The notes under the pieces: generated by a model
Databases searched by the model: none
What the model was told of the DNA's origin: nothing
What the model saw: the letters and a program-made list of their open reading frames with translations, nothing else
In this document: piece by piece, positions 24,790 to 39,169 of the stretch
How positions within the stretch are numbered: the first letter of the stretch is position 1
Layout of the letters: every line of letters begins with the position of its first letter
NCBI RefSeq assembly: GCF_001194135.2
Contig: NC_068983.1
Location: forward strand, 65,728,994 to 65,791,127
Reading direction: 5' to 3'
Origin: Octopus bimaculoides
Taxonomy: Eukaryota
DNA length: 62,134 bases
Position numbers and translations under genes: made by a program

Positions 24790-25920
24790 ATATGTTTCTT
24801 TTCTTGGCGGGAGCAGAGTACGAGTTTGAGATGATTAAAATATTCTTAATACCGAGTGCTCTGGCTGGCGCGAATTTGTGATTAGTTGTCATTTATTATG
24901 TTTGAGAGAAGTGGCGGCTAGTAAGTGTAGAAGTTGATGTATTTGTAAACTACAACAGTGGAATGTTGTTTGTGGTCAACAGAAACAATGAAGTCCAGGA
25001 AATATGCACATGCATGGAAGATGGCAGATGGAAATCTAAAGCGAAGGAGGAGTTGACGAGCTGCAATAAGTTAGGTTATGCGGATGCAGTCGTCAACTTA
25101 ACTAACCTTATGTGGAACCTGCGAATTGTATGAAAATTTAAACTGAACCTCAAGACTACCAACAAACGGGCTGCTGTATTCAATGCTTATGGTAATTTTT
25201 GTAATCTACTGGCAGAAATCTCCGAGAAAAAAAATTTAAGGATAGTGATGAGTTCAGCGTGACGGAAAATATATGCCTGATTGTGTCAAGTATAGTACGA
25301 AGACCAGAGAAGTATTTAAGGACTAGGAGACGATTATCGTCGAGTACGCTCTAGAAAAATTGATATCCATTATGAAAAGGAGCTTGAAAGGCCGAGGGTA
25401 AGGTTGAACCGATTGATGATGTGGTTGGTATCATGGATTATTGATGTACTTGCTACGATTCAGATTGTGAAGAGCTAATTGAGCGACTTTGAGATGAGTT
25501 CTGCCTGACAGTTAGTGAGGGAGTCCCTTTATATGGTTCTTTGAGAGAATGTAGATGACAAGATCATGTTGTGTATAGTTGATGAGTTTCGTACCTGTAT
25601 CGTGAATAAGTGGAGATTGATTGATGCGTGATAGTGGACAAATGTTTGGGTTGCGGGAAAGTATGACAGTAAATGATGGTAGAAAATTAGATTCAGAAAT
25701 AGCAGAATTGTTTCGAATTGTAAAAATCAGTCTGCTACATTATTACGGTACCAGCCTTGTTGGCTGGCTTGACGGGAATGTAGTGTTGGTATCGAAAGTG
25801 GTGGAGTATAACCTTAGAAATATTAAGGCTTCTCAACCGCTTATGAAAATCGTAACAGTCACAATTAACAATAAGAGGATGAACAAATCTAGTCACACGA
25901 CTGTCGGTCAAGGTCTATGA
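24790..25920 (-). mobile_element. decayed Penelope-like (Neptune-type) reverse transcriptase
   Basis: Minus strand VDDCIRIT (RT catalytic motif) followed by FHACAYFLDFIVSVDHKQHSTVVVYK (FLD..V..ST.VY.K thumb motif); many stops. Confidence 0.7.
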
Positions 25921-27099
25921 CACAGTCAGAGTTGATACGTATAGTCGGACTTTTGTTAAAAGGCACGATGTAATATAAATGGTTTCTTTTGATTTAGTTG
26001 ATTGAATTTCCCTACCAGGAAGAGATCTTAAATTTGTCGCTCGACATATTAGAAATAGCAACTCAATTTCTTTTACCATCTAAGGAAAAGGAAGGTATAT
26101 TGCATTATGAAGTCCTAGATAACCCTAAAACTACGGATGGTAATGTTTAGAATACTTTTGATCATAAATTTGTTTGAACATAGTTGATCTGGCGTTAAAT
26201 AACAACAACGACGATATTGATTTTAGAATAATCACATGAAATCAATATTTGGCTTAATTAATCCTACGTTAAATGTTTCTTGTCGCAAGGTGGTCATATT
26301 TAAATATGTCATCGAAACCTCCGTAGTGAATTAATTTAGCTAATAATTAAGACTTAATTGATAACTGGCTTATTCATCTGCCTAGCAAGTTTTCTCTGAC
26401 ATTTTTATCCCCTTTCTCTGAACTCGCTTAATAGAATCTAGCATTAATGTGTCTCAAAGCAAACAGTTATATCTCTGAAGGTATCACACGAAAACAAAAT
26501 CGTATGATCTTTTAAATAATATAGATTTTTAATTTCAGCTTAAAGCGGAGTAATTTTTTCACAAGAGGTGCGAAAGTTTCCGATCACCGGTATATCACTG
26601 ATACATATTTACTCGATGTAGTAGCATGAAACTAATTACATTCGGGTAGTTTATAAAATAAAAATTAAATAAGTAATTAAGACAATAGACTATTGAATTT
26701 TTCGCCATCTTTCCGTTCAATTTTGATTCGAGATGTGTTTCCTTTTGACTCCAGAGTCCATGAATTAAGTACCACTAGTATACTGAGATTTTATATTAAC
26801 ATTTCCGTTGGAAATCATTTCATGACATTAACTTTAGTATGAAGTCAAAAATATTTTAACATCTCTATTAAACACCATCATCGCTTTCTCATTTCCTTTG
26901 TTGTAATTATCGCAGACCATGTAAGAAAACTTATCTGCCGTCACCATCGAATTTCATCTTTCTAAAATTGATAATATGATATCAGTGATGTATCAGGGTT
27001 TATTCAGTAAACACTGTTCCTTAGCCTACAAATGTCGACCTTCTAGCTAAAGATAAAGTACAGAACTAATCACCCTGTGACGTGTAATTACTTATACTT

Positions 27100-28690
27100 G
27101 TGCTCTGAATTCAAATCCCACCCAGGGAGCCTCTGCCTTTCACGTTTGCGGTTATAAGAGAATATGTAACAGATAAAGATTTGTGTTCTTTCATCGACAT
27201 CAGAACAAACAACATCACAAAAACAAATAATTTAATAAAGGCAGCAAGTATTGTTGTAGCAGAAAATGTGGAAGTTGATGTCAAGAAAAAGAAATATAAT
27301 GGGAGTGGCAAAAGAAAAGTTCCATGGTGGAAAAGAAGAAGACAAGCGGGATTAGGTATGATCTCGAAGGACATTTCTGTGTTAGACTGAAAAGAGAAGA
27401 AGGAACTTAAAAGCGAACAGAAATACAGGGTAGTGAATAGGAAGTATGATATTGCACACTGAGACTGATTCTTTAGTCAAAATCAAACGGACGGAATAAG
27501 ATCTAAGCTATCAACACCTGGGCGGTTTCACTCCTTAGATATGGCGTACGGGTAATCGCATGGACAGTAGACGAACTAAACAGCTTCGACAGAAAGACAA
27601 GGAAGTTGCTAACTAGATGTGGGTCACTCTACCAAAAAAGTGACACAGACAGACTGTATGTACCAAGAAAAATATGTAAACACAGCATTAGAGCAGAAGA
27701 AAATAGCATAGCATGGTATATAAAAAAAAGCCACAGAACCGCTAATATTAGAAGTAGGAGGGTCAGGCTTGTGTAGCATGAAAGTTTGCAAAGGTAAAGC
27801 ACTATACAAGAATTTGAAAACGAATAAAACTGAGAACAGGTGGGTAAGGAAAAGAATGCATAATCAGTTTCATAGGGATGCTGAAGATAAGACAGACAGA
27901 GAAAAGATATGGCTGTGGATGACTAAAACTTATTTAAAACCGGAAACGGAGGCTCTAATATGTGCTGTCCAAGAGCAAGCACTATGAACAAACTACATAC
28001 AATATAGAATAGACAACACAGCAGAGAGTGATAAGTGCAGTATCTGTGGACAAAAAGGGTGAAACCGTATGGCATATTACCTGCAATGTACGACACTAGC
28101 CCAGATCGAATATAAGAGTCGCCACGACAATATAGACAGGCTTGTCCATTGGACACTTTGCAAAACTTGACAGAGCAAAAAATTGGTACGACCACAAACC
28201 TGAAGACACCGTCGAAAATAGAAATGCAAAGATCCTATGGGATTTTATGATTCAGTACGTCCATGAGATAGAGAATAGGAAGCCAGACATAGTCTTAAAT
28301 GAGAAAGAAAACAAACTATTATGGATCATAGTATACCCAGCTGACAACAAGGTATGCGGTAAGGAAGAAAGTAATGTCGAGAGATATGTCAGGTTAGCTT
28401 GGGTAATTAAGCGGTTGTTGTCGATGAAAAAGTTAGTAGTAGTACCAATAATTGTCGGAGCCCTGGGAACAGTGAGCAAAAATTTCAAAAATTACTTGGA
28501 ACAAATAGGGGCTGCAATAAGGGTGGAGTACTTGCAGAAAACAGCACTGCTTGGAACCGCTCGAATACTCCGGAAGGTACTCGAAAAATAAGGTGTTACT
28601 TCAGTTCACTGGTAGTGAGTAGCTGACACTGTAGTACATCTCCAGCGTTAGAAGCTGTGCAATGGCAACAATAATAATGATATTAACAAT
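27100..28690 (+). mobile_element. R4/Dong-like non-LTR retrotransposon, internal-deletion derivative lacking RT core
   Basis: N-terminal NITKTNNLIKAASIVVAE..PWWKRR, then directly AINTWAVSLLRYG..DRKTRKLLT..SDTDRLYVPRK, LKPETEALICAVQEQAL, CCHC-like DKCSICGQKG.ETVWHI, RLE KILWDF..KPDIVL..VGALGTVSK..LGTARILRKVLEK*, 3' UTR, (AAT)-rich tail. Confidence 0.93.
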
Positions 28691-28699
28691 AATAACGCA

Positions 28700-29190
28700 A
28701 CACCAGAGACTGGCTCTCATGGTTTCTGATCTTGATTTGGAAATATTATTATGTACATGGTTTGTCTTCGTATAAAAGATGGGCTACAGCAAATATCCTG
28801 CTCCATACCACAGATTTGCTTGTCAGTTGTTTGACCTTAACCAATTCAGTGTGTCCCTAAGTGGCTGGAGATATATGCATCTTTTATCATGAGCAGAAGT
28901 AGTGGGAGAGTATCATAGCCATGTGTTGTGAGTAATTGTTTGGGGTTTGAATAATTCACCTCTGGAAACATAGGTGTTTCGTTCACCATCCTTAAAGAAC
29001 ACCCATTCAATTAGATAGTCTACTCGAAAATTCTAAGTGGGCTCTTACTACAAAATAACCCGCTGTTTATCTTGATAACAACGTACATTGGCTGTGATGT
29101 ATGTGCCCAGCTTACTCTTATCAGACGCGCAGTCATAATGGGTATAGTGGGCTTCGTATATTTCTACCCCAGTGTTACTTTGATTTCATG
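28700..29190. repeat. unclassified interspersed repeat (~500 bp)
   Basis: Non-coding, higher-complexity block recalled from octopod DNA. A short match to its left end recurs in reverse at about 62020-62040. Class not determined. Confidence 0.4.
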
Positions 29191-30219
29191 AATTACTCTC
29201 CCAGTCAATGAAAATTACAATAATAAAAGTTGTAGATGTAATAGTAGTTTCGAATTTTGACACTAGAGCAGTGATTTTTGGGTACTCGGTGACATTTCGA
29301 AAAAGTAACAGTACAATAGTTTTTGGTCGACATTCTAGCTTTCTACCAATATGCACCCAGTGAAATTACAATAATAACAATAATTATGTCAAATACTTTG
29401 TGTAACGTAAACTGATTATACCACCGCCATTTGTTGAAAGTTGCATATTTATCGGTTTATGACAGCGGAAGGGTTATCATATATTATACTTAAACACGGT
29501 AAAATAACTACAATTATCTTCGAGAGGTTATTTTAACAATCGAATACTCGATTATCTGAAAAAAGTCGAATTCTTACTCAATAAAGGTATGCTAGATTTT
29601 GTTACCACCATTTTTTTTTTTACTTCATATCTAATCTATGTATTTGCTTCTCATTGCATCATTCTTCAATACGTATCACTCGATTGGCGATGGTTATTAA
29701 ATCCTAATGCGGGTGTTACCCGGCTACCCTGATTATGTTTTGGTATTTTGCTAATGTCTTAACAAATTTCATATGCTTTAGAGATTGTTTCTACGTGTGT
29801 TCCGTAGTTTGTGATTTTTGCCCCCAAATCACGGAAGATACCATAATGGGAACGAATTCCCTTTCACTGAATGCTACTTTGACTCCATCGACTAAAGTAC
29901 TTTAATCTTACCTAGTTGCCATCTGCCACAGGTGGAGGCTATTCATTTGCTACTATTTCCGTTGTTGTTCAGCTCGGTACATTATTGCCGTTTAATTGTG
30001 GTGTAGCCTCAAGAGAATTGACATATTACACTATATTCATATTTTCTGATAAAATAATAGTGCATGACCTCCTATATTTGTTAAAAGATAAGCTAAATAA
30101 GCCGTGAAATATTTATTTCAATTTTAAACACTGGATGTTTACATATTGTCTCTGCTTTCTCTTTCTACCTCTTTGCTTCCTTACATTTGTCAATCTCTTT
30201 CTCTCTCTTTAGATCTCGC

Positions 30220-30293
<74 letters not shown>

Positions 30294-31146
30294 ACGGGTG
30301 TGTGTGTATGTGTGTGTGTGTGTGAGTGTCTGGAAGAAAGACCAGCATAGTCAATATACAAAGAATACATATTTGTATGTATGTATGTATGCATGTGTGC
30401 ATATATGTATGTATGTATGTATACATGCATGGATGTAATCGAATGATTTCCTTATCAAATATTTGGAGCGTTAACCTGTTTATGTTTGTTTTCTGGAGCA
30501 AATCAATGCTTATAACCCAAAAAGTTTATCAATGTTTTATTGTCTAGGAAACTGTTTCGCTGACCTTTATTAACCATAAGAACATCAAATGATCAGATTT
30601 TTAGTTATTTGATATAGGAGTCGGCCATTAAGCATTTATTTCCTTTCCCTCGGGTTAGCAGGAAACCCATCAGTTGCTGATTTTTTTGGTATTCAAAGTA
30701 TATCTTTCATGTCTTACTTCGCATCTTTCCCGTTGTTAGGAATACAATACGAATTGTTATCATGCCATAAATGTTTCATCGTGTGGTAAGATTAGATTTG
30801 ATATATTTTTTCTGATAACTAGTCTAAGAAAGAATATATATATAACCAATAGGACATAAGCTCATAGTCGCAAAAACAATTTGTAAAAGTTGTTATATTA
30901 CCTTTATAACGGGTTTATGAACTTAAACAAAAATATTACCTAATGTACTGTGCAACAATAGCAAAAGCCGTGTACGTTATTATAGCGTAAAATGATGAAG
31001 TATCTCATCTTCAGCTATTTATGCTGGGAAGAATAGTCTTGTCACAAATTTTATATAATTTTCCTCAAAGTACAATAGTTAAATGACGGAATAGTGGGTG
31101 GCAGAGTCAATGTGTACTGGACAACTTGTCGAGAGGTTATGCTGCT

Positions 31147-31365
31147 TTAACACTTTCATTGTCATATTTCTACTAAAATATGTTTTCTTCATTTCAATTA
31201 ATTGTGGAAATAATGAAGTATTTTGTAAAGTAACTTTGTCTTATTAAGCTGGTGTTTTGAGACAAAATTACATGAAACCTTCTTTTAATTTAGATCATTT
31301 TATAACAGAAAGGTTGCATCATAGAACCAGATGAGATCTCACTAGGCTGGTATCAAAAAAGTTAA
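31147..31365. mobile_element. TTAA-flanked MITE (piggyBac-type ends), decayed
   Basis: Begins TTAACACTTTC and ends TATCAAAAAAGTTAA; imperfect TIRs bounded by TTAA. Confidence 0.45.
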
Positions 31366-32529
31366 ATTTTTAAACATCAAGGACCCAGTTTATTTAATTC
31401 TGTGTAGAAACTATCATATGATAAAATTTGGTATTTAAAGCGCTAGTAGCGGCATGCAGGTGCATTTCCATAACATGCAGACCGAGGTAGATCCTCTCAC
31501 ATAGAACTTTTATTTATGATTCGAACATGATTATGTAGATTTCAAGACATTACTAACTATACCTGGTTTTCAAAATGCTACACAACCTGTAGGACCTGAG
31601 AGTCATCATGCATTTAGCCCTTTGCTATTGGGGTAGAGTTTCGCCAATTAGTTTTTGCTAAATACAAACCGGACTTTCCTTCTTATTTCAAAGATATATT
31701 TAATTTTTATGACACCTACATCCATCTAATCCAATAACCTAAACAATCCTGTGGTTAGACCACGATTATTTGAGGCTTTGCAATTTGTAACATGCAGCAT
31801 AAACTTGGGGGTACCCGATCAACCCCTAATTGAGCCTTTTCAAGTATCTTCCTCTTTATACCTCTTTATACCAAAAGTGTGGTTCTTGAAGGTCTGCATG
31901 ATTTTGTATGGTAACCATAATATAACATTAATCGTTGAGCAGAATTGTACCATGCATATAGTGGAATGTTTCGACTGTTACGTTCTCTCGTACCTAAAAC
32001 TTTAAGGAAAGAGACATCGATTATATCGACTTCAGAAGATAGAGGCAAAATGTATCTAGCCGGAATAAGAACATGGTACAAATATAAAGGACAAAAACTA
32101 ATAGAGCAATGTATTTTGTCTGATACTTTAACTACTATGCTAATCCACTGCTCTTCGTTGAATAAATATTAAATGAGAGTTTTAATCAATTCTGAATTTC
32201 ACCACCGCTTAGAAATTAAAAATCTGGAAGATAACTTGAAATTCTCATCAAACGTCGTACAAAGAAAAAATATATCAGCTTTTCAAAGCTGACGATACTT
32301 TCATGTTCTCCTCGTACATAGATATCAGATTCTAAATATATTGAACTTACTTCTTACAGAAACCATCATTGCAAATCTATAGAATCTGTTAACGATGAAA
32401 TAGGTATGTATATCTTTGATCTCTTTAAGGCAACATATAGAAAATCAATATAACTCAAGTCATCACAAACTAATTGTACATTAAGGACATTACAATACTC
32501 ATGATATATTCATTAGTAGAAAGAAAAGA

Positions 32530-32700
32530 ATTGCTTGGGCGACAGACAAATTGCTTTCTGGCATTTAGTTACCTAAATTCTAAGCTCAAATCCCACCGAA
32601 ATCAAATTTGCTGTTCATATTTATGGCATTCGATAAAATAAGTTATAGTTATGTGATGGTATTGATTATTTTCATCGATGCCGGCTGGATGAAAACGTGA
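32530..32700 (+). mobile_element. decayed SINE (family A)
   Basis: TTCTAAGCTCAAATCCCACCGAAATC..GATAAAATAAG remnant. Confidence 0.5.
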
Positions 32701-33143
32701 ATCGACTCTTGCAAAATGTTAAAGAATCATGCAAAAATGATGTAACTAAATACCGCAAATCATTTCTTTCAACGTTCAACAAAATCTACAGCAACAATCG
32801 TATACTTCAATATTTCAATAATTTAAAATGTCGGCGAGGATGCAATAGTAAGCAAATGTATAAATATGGAATTTATTTAATTTTACATTTTTAGAAATAT
32901 TCCTCTTTAGTTCTCGTTTCCTCTGTGGTCAACAAAGCAATTGTCAATGAAGTAAATGTACGCTCGAAACTATGTGGACTAGTGCTATATGTAGGAACTA
33001 CATAAATTGCATCAAAAGTTTGAATTTTTAATTCGAATGACTTGAGAAATATAATCGATCACACTGACACTAGTACTCATTTATAATCTTTTTTATTTTT
33101 TTTTTTGCCGAACCAACAAAGGTTGTTAAACGGCGAGAAACAG

Positions 33144-33175
<32 letters not shown>

Positions 33176-33192
33176 ACACACACACATACACA

Positions 33193-33247
<55 letters not shown>

Positions 33248-33289
33248 AAAGTATACGTTTGTCTTGTGTGCTCGTGTATGGGCTTGTAT

Positions 33290-34450
33290 TTTGCGCTGCT
33301 TGTACTTGTGTCCCCCTTCTATTTTATTTTCATGTTTCTTGCCCTATCCTGTCTTCCGTCGCTAGGATGCGGGTTGCGGGATGTTACTTTATGTTCGTGT
33401 TTTCTGTTGAGGCTCGGTCCACTTTCTATTATTTGTCAACTCAGTATTCTGTCTGGATGTTGTGTCAGTTGTATGTGTGGATACAGCCTTAACTTCTATG
33501 TAATCTATCGAGACCCTGTGTTATTGTTTGGTATGTTGGCATAGTATCCACGAGCGTTTCTCCTCCGTGAGTTCTCAACAGTGGCTTTCGTCCACTCTGT
33601 TATGCTACGGGCTGTCTCATCTATATATGTCATCGTCATCTTTCTGCATCGTGCTTCTGTACGTCATATTCTTTAGAATTCATTCCTAGTTTAGCAGTTT
33701 GTCTATTGGCTTGCCCTACACACTACCCAGCTCCTATTAGTACAGTTGTTTTCTTTCAAAAGTCTATGTTCGACTCATCAGGGATTTTATGTCCTTTCTA
33801 CTACTTTAATTCGTAGATTCAGTTTATTTAACGCTTTTTAAAAATGATACGCTAGTTCGCCTACAGGAGTAGCGTCAACGAACATGACGCTCTGGTATTT
33901 TGGCTGTTATACCATGAGCTAGCCTTCTCTGTTTTCCTCTTAATCCTTTTTATATTATTTCATGATTTGCACCCGCATCGCGGGCAGATCCCATTTGCCT
34001 CATTATCTATTCTGGTCAGGAATTTTGTAGTGGCTCTTTTGTACTGCCTGATCCTGTCTTTTTCGCTGTATTCAAAGAATTCGGTATATGCATGCGATGG
34101 ATGAAATGCTATATGCACCTCTCTAAATCCGTTGGTTGGCACTGCAGCAAACGCTTCAAAATACAAAGCCTGCTATCGCGATATTGAATGTTATCTATGA
34201 TAGCTGAGTTCCAGTCGAACAGGTGTTTGGAAGACATGCGTTTGGCATAGTATGAATGGGGGATTTAGACTGTGACATTCTCAGTTTCCACCCAGTTCAG
34301 TGTCTAACACAGGTAGTCCGGTATTGGGGTGCTTAGTAGGTTAGTCTATCGTTTACCTAATACTCCGGTGGATGAGGTTAGCTATTTACTGGATGCTTTC
34401 CATGGTGCTAGCTTATAGTTCGGGTTCATGGGTATTCTCTTGTGGGTGTG
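33290..34450 (-). mobile_element. decayed Penelope-like element, RT thumb, linker and C-terminal GIY-YIG (third lineage)
   Basis: Minus strand in order: MESIQ*IANLIHRSIR*TID*PTKHPNTGLPVLD, YYAKRMSSK, SWYN..SVMFVDATPVGELA..LRIKVVER, MTYIDETARSITEW (YIGET-like). Confidence 0.8.
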
Positions 34451-34705
34451 TTTTACCAGTATCTTGGTATCATAGACCTAGCGAGAGAACATGGTTTGGG
34501 CTAGCTCTCTGCTAAGCGTTCCCTCAGTTTTCTACCCTACCATACCATAAACAGGCTAGCCACATCACTTCCACACGGTTTACGACTCGTAAATTCACTC
34601 ACAGACATTGATAGCTCTGGAGCTATACTAGGAGGCACTTTCCCGAGATGTCACATAGTCGGGCTGAACACCAGATTACTTTACCACACAACCATGCCAG
34701 CACTT
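34450..34705 (-). mobile_element. decayed tRNA-derived SINE
   Basis: Minus-strand head remnant GTGCTGGCATGGTTGTGTGGTAAAG..GTTCAGCCC; interrupts the PLE at its 5' side. Confidence 0.5.
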
Positions 34706-37700
34706 CTATATAAACTATTTGTAATGTGAGAAAGAATATTATTACTTTTGGATTGCAATCTACTAGAGATATCAGTGTGCGATAGTAAACGCTTTTGAGT
34801 CTTTAGGTTCGTGAAACGACAGCAAGTGTTGAATTGTAAACTTGATACTTTGTAATAATGAATAACATAACCTTACAGTCCATCTTCAAATGCTGCCGAA
34901 ATAAATTTGTCTTTTATTCCTTCTGATCAATAAAATGTTAACAACATTCAGAAAGTTGAATCCAATAAATTGATTTCAAATCACACATAAAATATGAATC
35001 ATTAGTAGAAATTTATAATTAGCGTTGCTCCTCAATGTTATAAGTTCTAATCATATCGAAACCAAATCTGTCTTTAATCTCTCCCGAATTCATATTATAG
35101 GGTCCACTAGTATTTTATGTTAATTTGGCTAACTACATCGCTGTCATTCACTTTAGTAGATTTGAACTAAGTTTGCAAACCGTTAATAACACCGATTCTG
35201 TTATGTTTGTAAAGAAGTCATTACATATTGCAAATAATAAGTATCGACCAATTCAAGCGGGGTAAATATAAGTAATGTGAATTAAGTAAATATGTTCAAA
35301 TGCAAACGAGATGGTACTGCAGATTTGGAAGTTCAAAAAGCCCACAGCCAGTTATGATACTTAGCCGGTCTTTTAGTCCTGATCGAACAGACTATGATCA
35401 AAGATGTTCTAACATGACCATCCTTTAATTTTTTGAGACATGTGTATTTTCTTTACTTAATATGATGGCATGAAATTTGTGATTGCAGTTAGTTTCCCTC
35501 AAAATCAGCAACATTATATAACAATGAATTAAGCTATGGTAAAATTTGTATATGTTACTGAAAGATTTCTGCCATATCTAGTAATCATTACTATTAATTT
35601 TTACTACTAATACGAGGAGGCATATACATTCAACCTTGTACAGTAATCGTACAGATAATTTTTTATGAGAAATATTAGAATTGTTGAATAATACAATTAA
35701 AGCACATTCTGATATTTATTAAATCTAAAATTCCGTTTGCCCAAAACTTGTTTGCCGAGTTACAGTGTTAGCACTGTTACTCATCCAAATACTGTCTACT
35801 ATTTCACTGGTTACACAGATGTCTATCGAAAGGTATTTTGCACTCTTATGTGTCTTCACACATACAAACCAAATGCTGTGTGTACCATTCCAATGCCTAC
35901 TAAACAGTCTAAGAATTATTCTCATGTCTACATATAAGTGCACCAACATACCTTGTTGGGAACGTGTGCAAATAATTATATTTCTTTACGTCAGGCTAAA
36001 TGTGTTCTTGTTCTCGAACAAATGCACTATTAGAATGTTTTTGTCACAACTAATTAATCTAGTCGTATATTTCTACCGAAGCTTCTTATACTAATACAAT
36101 AAATTAGAGAAGGCATTTCGGTAGGGAAAATTTCTTTATATCATAATATTTAAATCATAGGGCTGAGAAATTCTAAACAGGGTAAATGAAAAGGAATGCA
36201 TGGTGTCAAACTGCTGAAAATGAATACTTCATTTAATATTCTATGAGCCAGCAATATCCTGAGAGTTGGACATTGACTTTGGAAATACTATGGGGTAGAA
36301 CTGAAGGGCGGTAATATTCCTGTGTCGCATTTTTCATTCCAGGTTTGTGTGAAGAAGTTAAAAATTGAGCAAAAAGCAAAAATACGTATTTCATATCACT
36401 TCTATGATGACTAGCGCAAGAATGCATTTAATCTAACACTGCATTCTAACAAGTTTGTAAAGCTATTAGATACGAGTGTCGTACACATGTACATTCCGGT
36501 GGAATGAGACAGTTATAGCTAAGTGCGTTGAACAGTGAAATGTTATTAAATGATAACGTCACTTCACCATTGGCTTCTTGCACCAAGGATAGAAAAAAAA
36601 TTGTTAGTCCCACCATATTTTACTTGCTTAATTACTACCTAAATACCAAACACACGATTGATAGCTCAATAATTTACCAAAGTCTGAAAATCTGTAACGA
36701 GTCCATCTGTACTCTAACAAATGTGATCTGGTCGATAATATTCATGAAGGAACCTATTCCATAGTAATTCAGTTAATCGTGCAAATGTTGATTAACTCTT
36801 GTCTGTATCTATGGCAACGGTATTAATCCACATACTGCAGCTCTTTCACTCCCCTCCAATGAATTTATTTAATAAATTAATTCACACTTGCCTTTGAGTG
36901 TTCAATTTAGCAGACATAAATTAACGATTAAAGAATGATCTTATGTCTTCAATTTGTTAATTAAATGTTTGCTCTCATCTTGAGCATTTACAAATTCCCA
37001 CTCGGAAGCTGTCTGCTTCTATGGTCATATTTAAACAAACGCATTGTTGAACGAAGCCTTTTTGCGCATGAACTTCTAACATCACTGCATTGTTTTTTTG
37101 TTTTTTGTTTTTACTTCTTTCCTTTTACTTTTAATACAACTTAGTATTTTCTATGTTGCGGCAATTAAAAGTCAGATGTCTTTTGTTTGATTTTTTTCTG
37201 ATTGAATTTCTTTGTTCTTCCTTGACGCAAGTTAAATTCAATTTTTCATATTACTTTTACTTTTCATTATAATAAATCAAGCATTTTGCGAAAACAACGG
37301 CTGTTCTTGTTCCAAAAAGTAAACAGGATAATCAATAAACTCACAAATTTTGTCGATCGGAAAAAGCATTGAAAAAGATGAAAAAAAAAAAAAAATGACT
37401 CAGGGCGGAAAGTATTTAATGTCTATCAAAACAGTTTCAAGGATTTATTTTACTTTACGCATTTTTTCACTGTATTTATTTCATTTTCATTCATTTATTA
37501 TTAGTGTTTATATTTGCGTTCAAAATTTTGTATTTTGCCTTCGACTTTGTAAAATACTCCGTTTATCCTTATGCTTTTTATAAGAAGTTTAATATAATCT
37601 GTGATTCTTTCTTTACATCAGGAATTTTGTCATCGTTTTACATCTACAAAACTCAAGTATTTTGTTTTCAGAAACATTTTATTAAACATTTATTCTGCCG

Positions 37701-37930
37701 CCTTCATTTGGCAAAGCAGAATAAATGGTTTTCCTGTGGGTGGTGATTACAATAATGCTGCACGATGTTTTCAATTAGAAAGTTTATGCATCCACAACAG
37801 TAAATCGTCAAGCAATCGATGTGCCTGGACTCAATAGATTGATGTTACGTGTACACATAAGTACACACACACACACACATACACATACATATACACACAT
37901 ACACATACAAACGCAAACACACATATGCAT

Positions 37931-38004
<74 letters not shown>

Positions 38005-38813
38005 CTCACATACACACACACATACATATACGTTTGCATGTATGTAAATAAACTTGTTTGTGGGAGGAAAGAGGTTGTATTGGTGTGATTGCATTATGTT
38101 ATTAGTGCTCATAATTTAGGTTTATCGTGCCTTTTGCTGTCCCAATTGTATTTTTTTTATTCGGTATTTTCATTGTGCTACAGAGCACTGTTCTGGATTT
38201 GCTTCATTGCGGTGTTTGCCGTATGCAAACCCTATCATTGCTATCTTTGGCGTTTTGTCATTTATTTGTTTGTGTCCTTTTTCAACATTCTAAAGGCACC
38301 TATTATTATAAATAATGTTTCTGTTTTCATTCCCAACATCCTGTTGAACTCTATTCTCAATTCTACTTTCTCATAGTTTCTGTATTTATTTCTAAGATAT
38401 ACGACTATTTGTGGAGATTTATATGTCGATCTCAAGACACTTTCAACGTTCACCACAATATTCTTTCGATTTGCATAAGCAAATAGTGTGTTACAGTGTT
38501 ATTTTCTAATCACACTCTAAAAACAATCCTTTAAATATGTAAATTGGTATATCAAATAACGTTACATACCCCCCCCCTCTATATATAGTGGCTATTTAAG
38601 CAAGGAGTTCTTGGATAATTAATGGGTTAGATGAGTGCTGATGAAGGAGTAAAAACACACGAAATATGACTTGTATGGTCATTACCTATTTTTTCATCCT
38701 CGACCTCATTGTTTGCTTACATCTGGTGTCTCGGATATGAAACGTCGTAACAAGATCAGGGCTGGCTAAAATGTCTATGGAAAATCTGTAGCGATGACCT
38801 TTATCACTTCCAT

Positions 38814-38925
<112 letters not shown>

Positions 38926-39169
38926 ACTGTTTTTTACTGCCTATAATTCACAATGCCATCACACTCAGCACTGTACAAAAGCTCCAAACCTGACATGCTT
39001 GTGTGCGTCTGTGTATGTATGTACGTATGTGTGCATGTATGTATGCATGTATGTGTGTAACACTGTATGCAGGTACGTACATAAGCTTGTTTCTGTATGT
39101 ATGTATGTATGTACGTATGTATGTATGTATGTATGCATGTACGTACATAAGCTTGTTTCCGTTTCTGTC

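Noticed and set aside
29912-30045. Minus-strand exon-like segment with TTTTATCAG acceptor and AG|GTAAGA donor
   Set aside because: All three frames contain stops; at best a UTR exon, with no supporting evidence.
37687-37727. 12-bp plus 3-bp hairpin CATTTATTCTGC/GCAGAATAAATG
   Set aside because: AT-rich stem, short, no context suggesting function.
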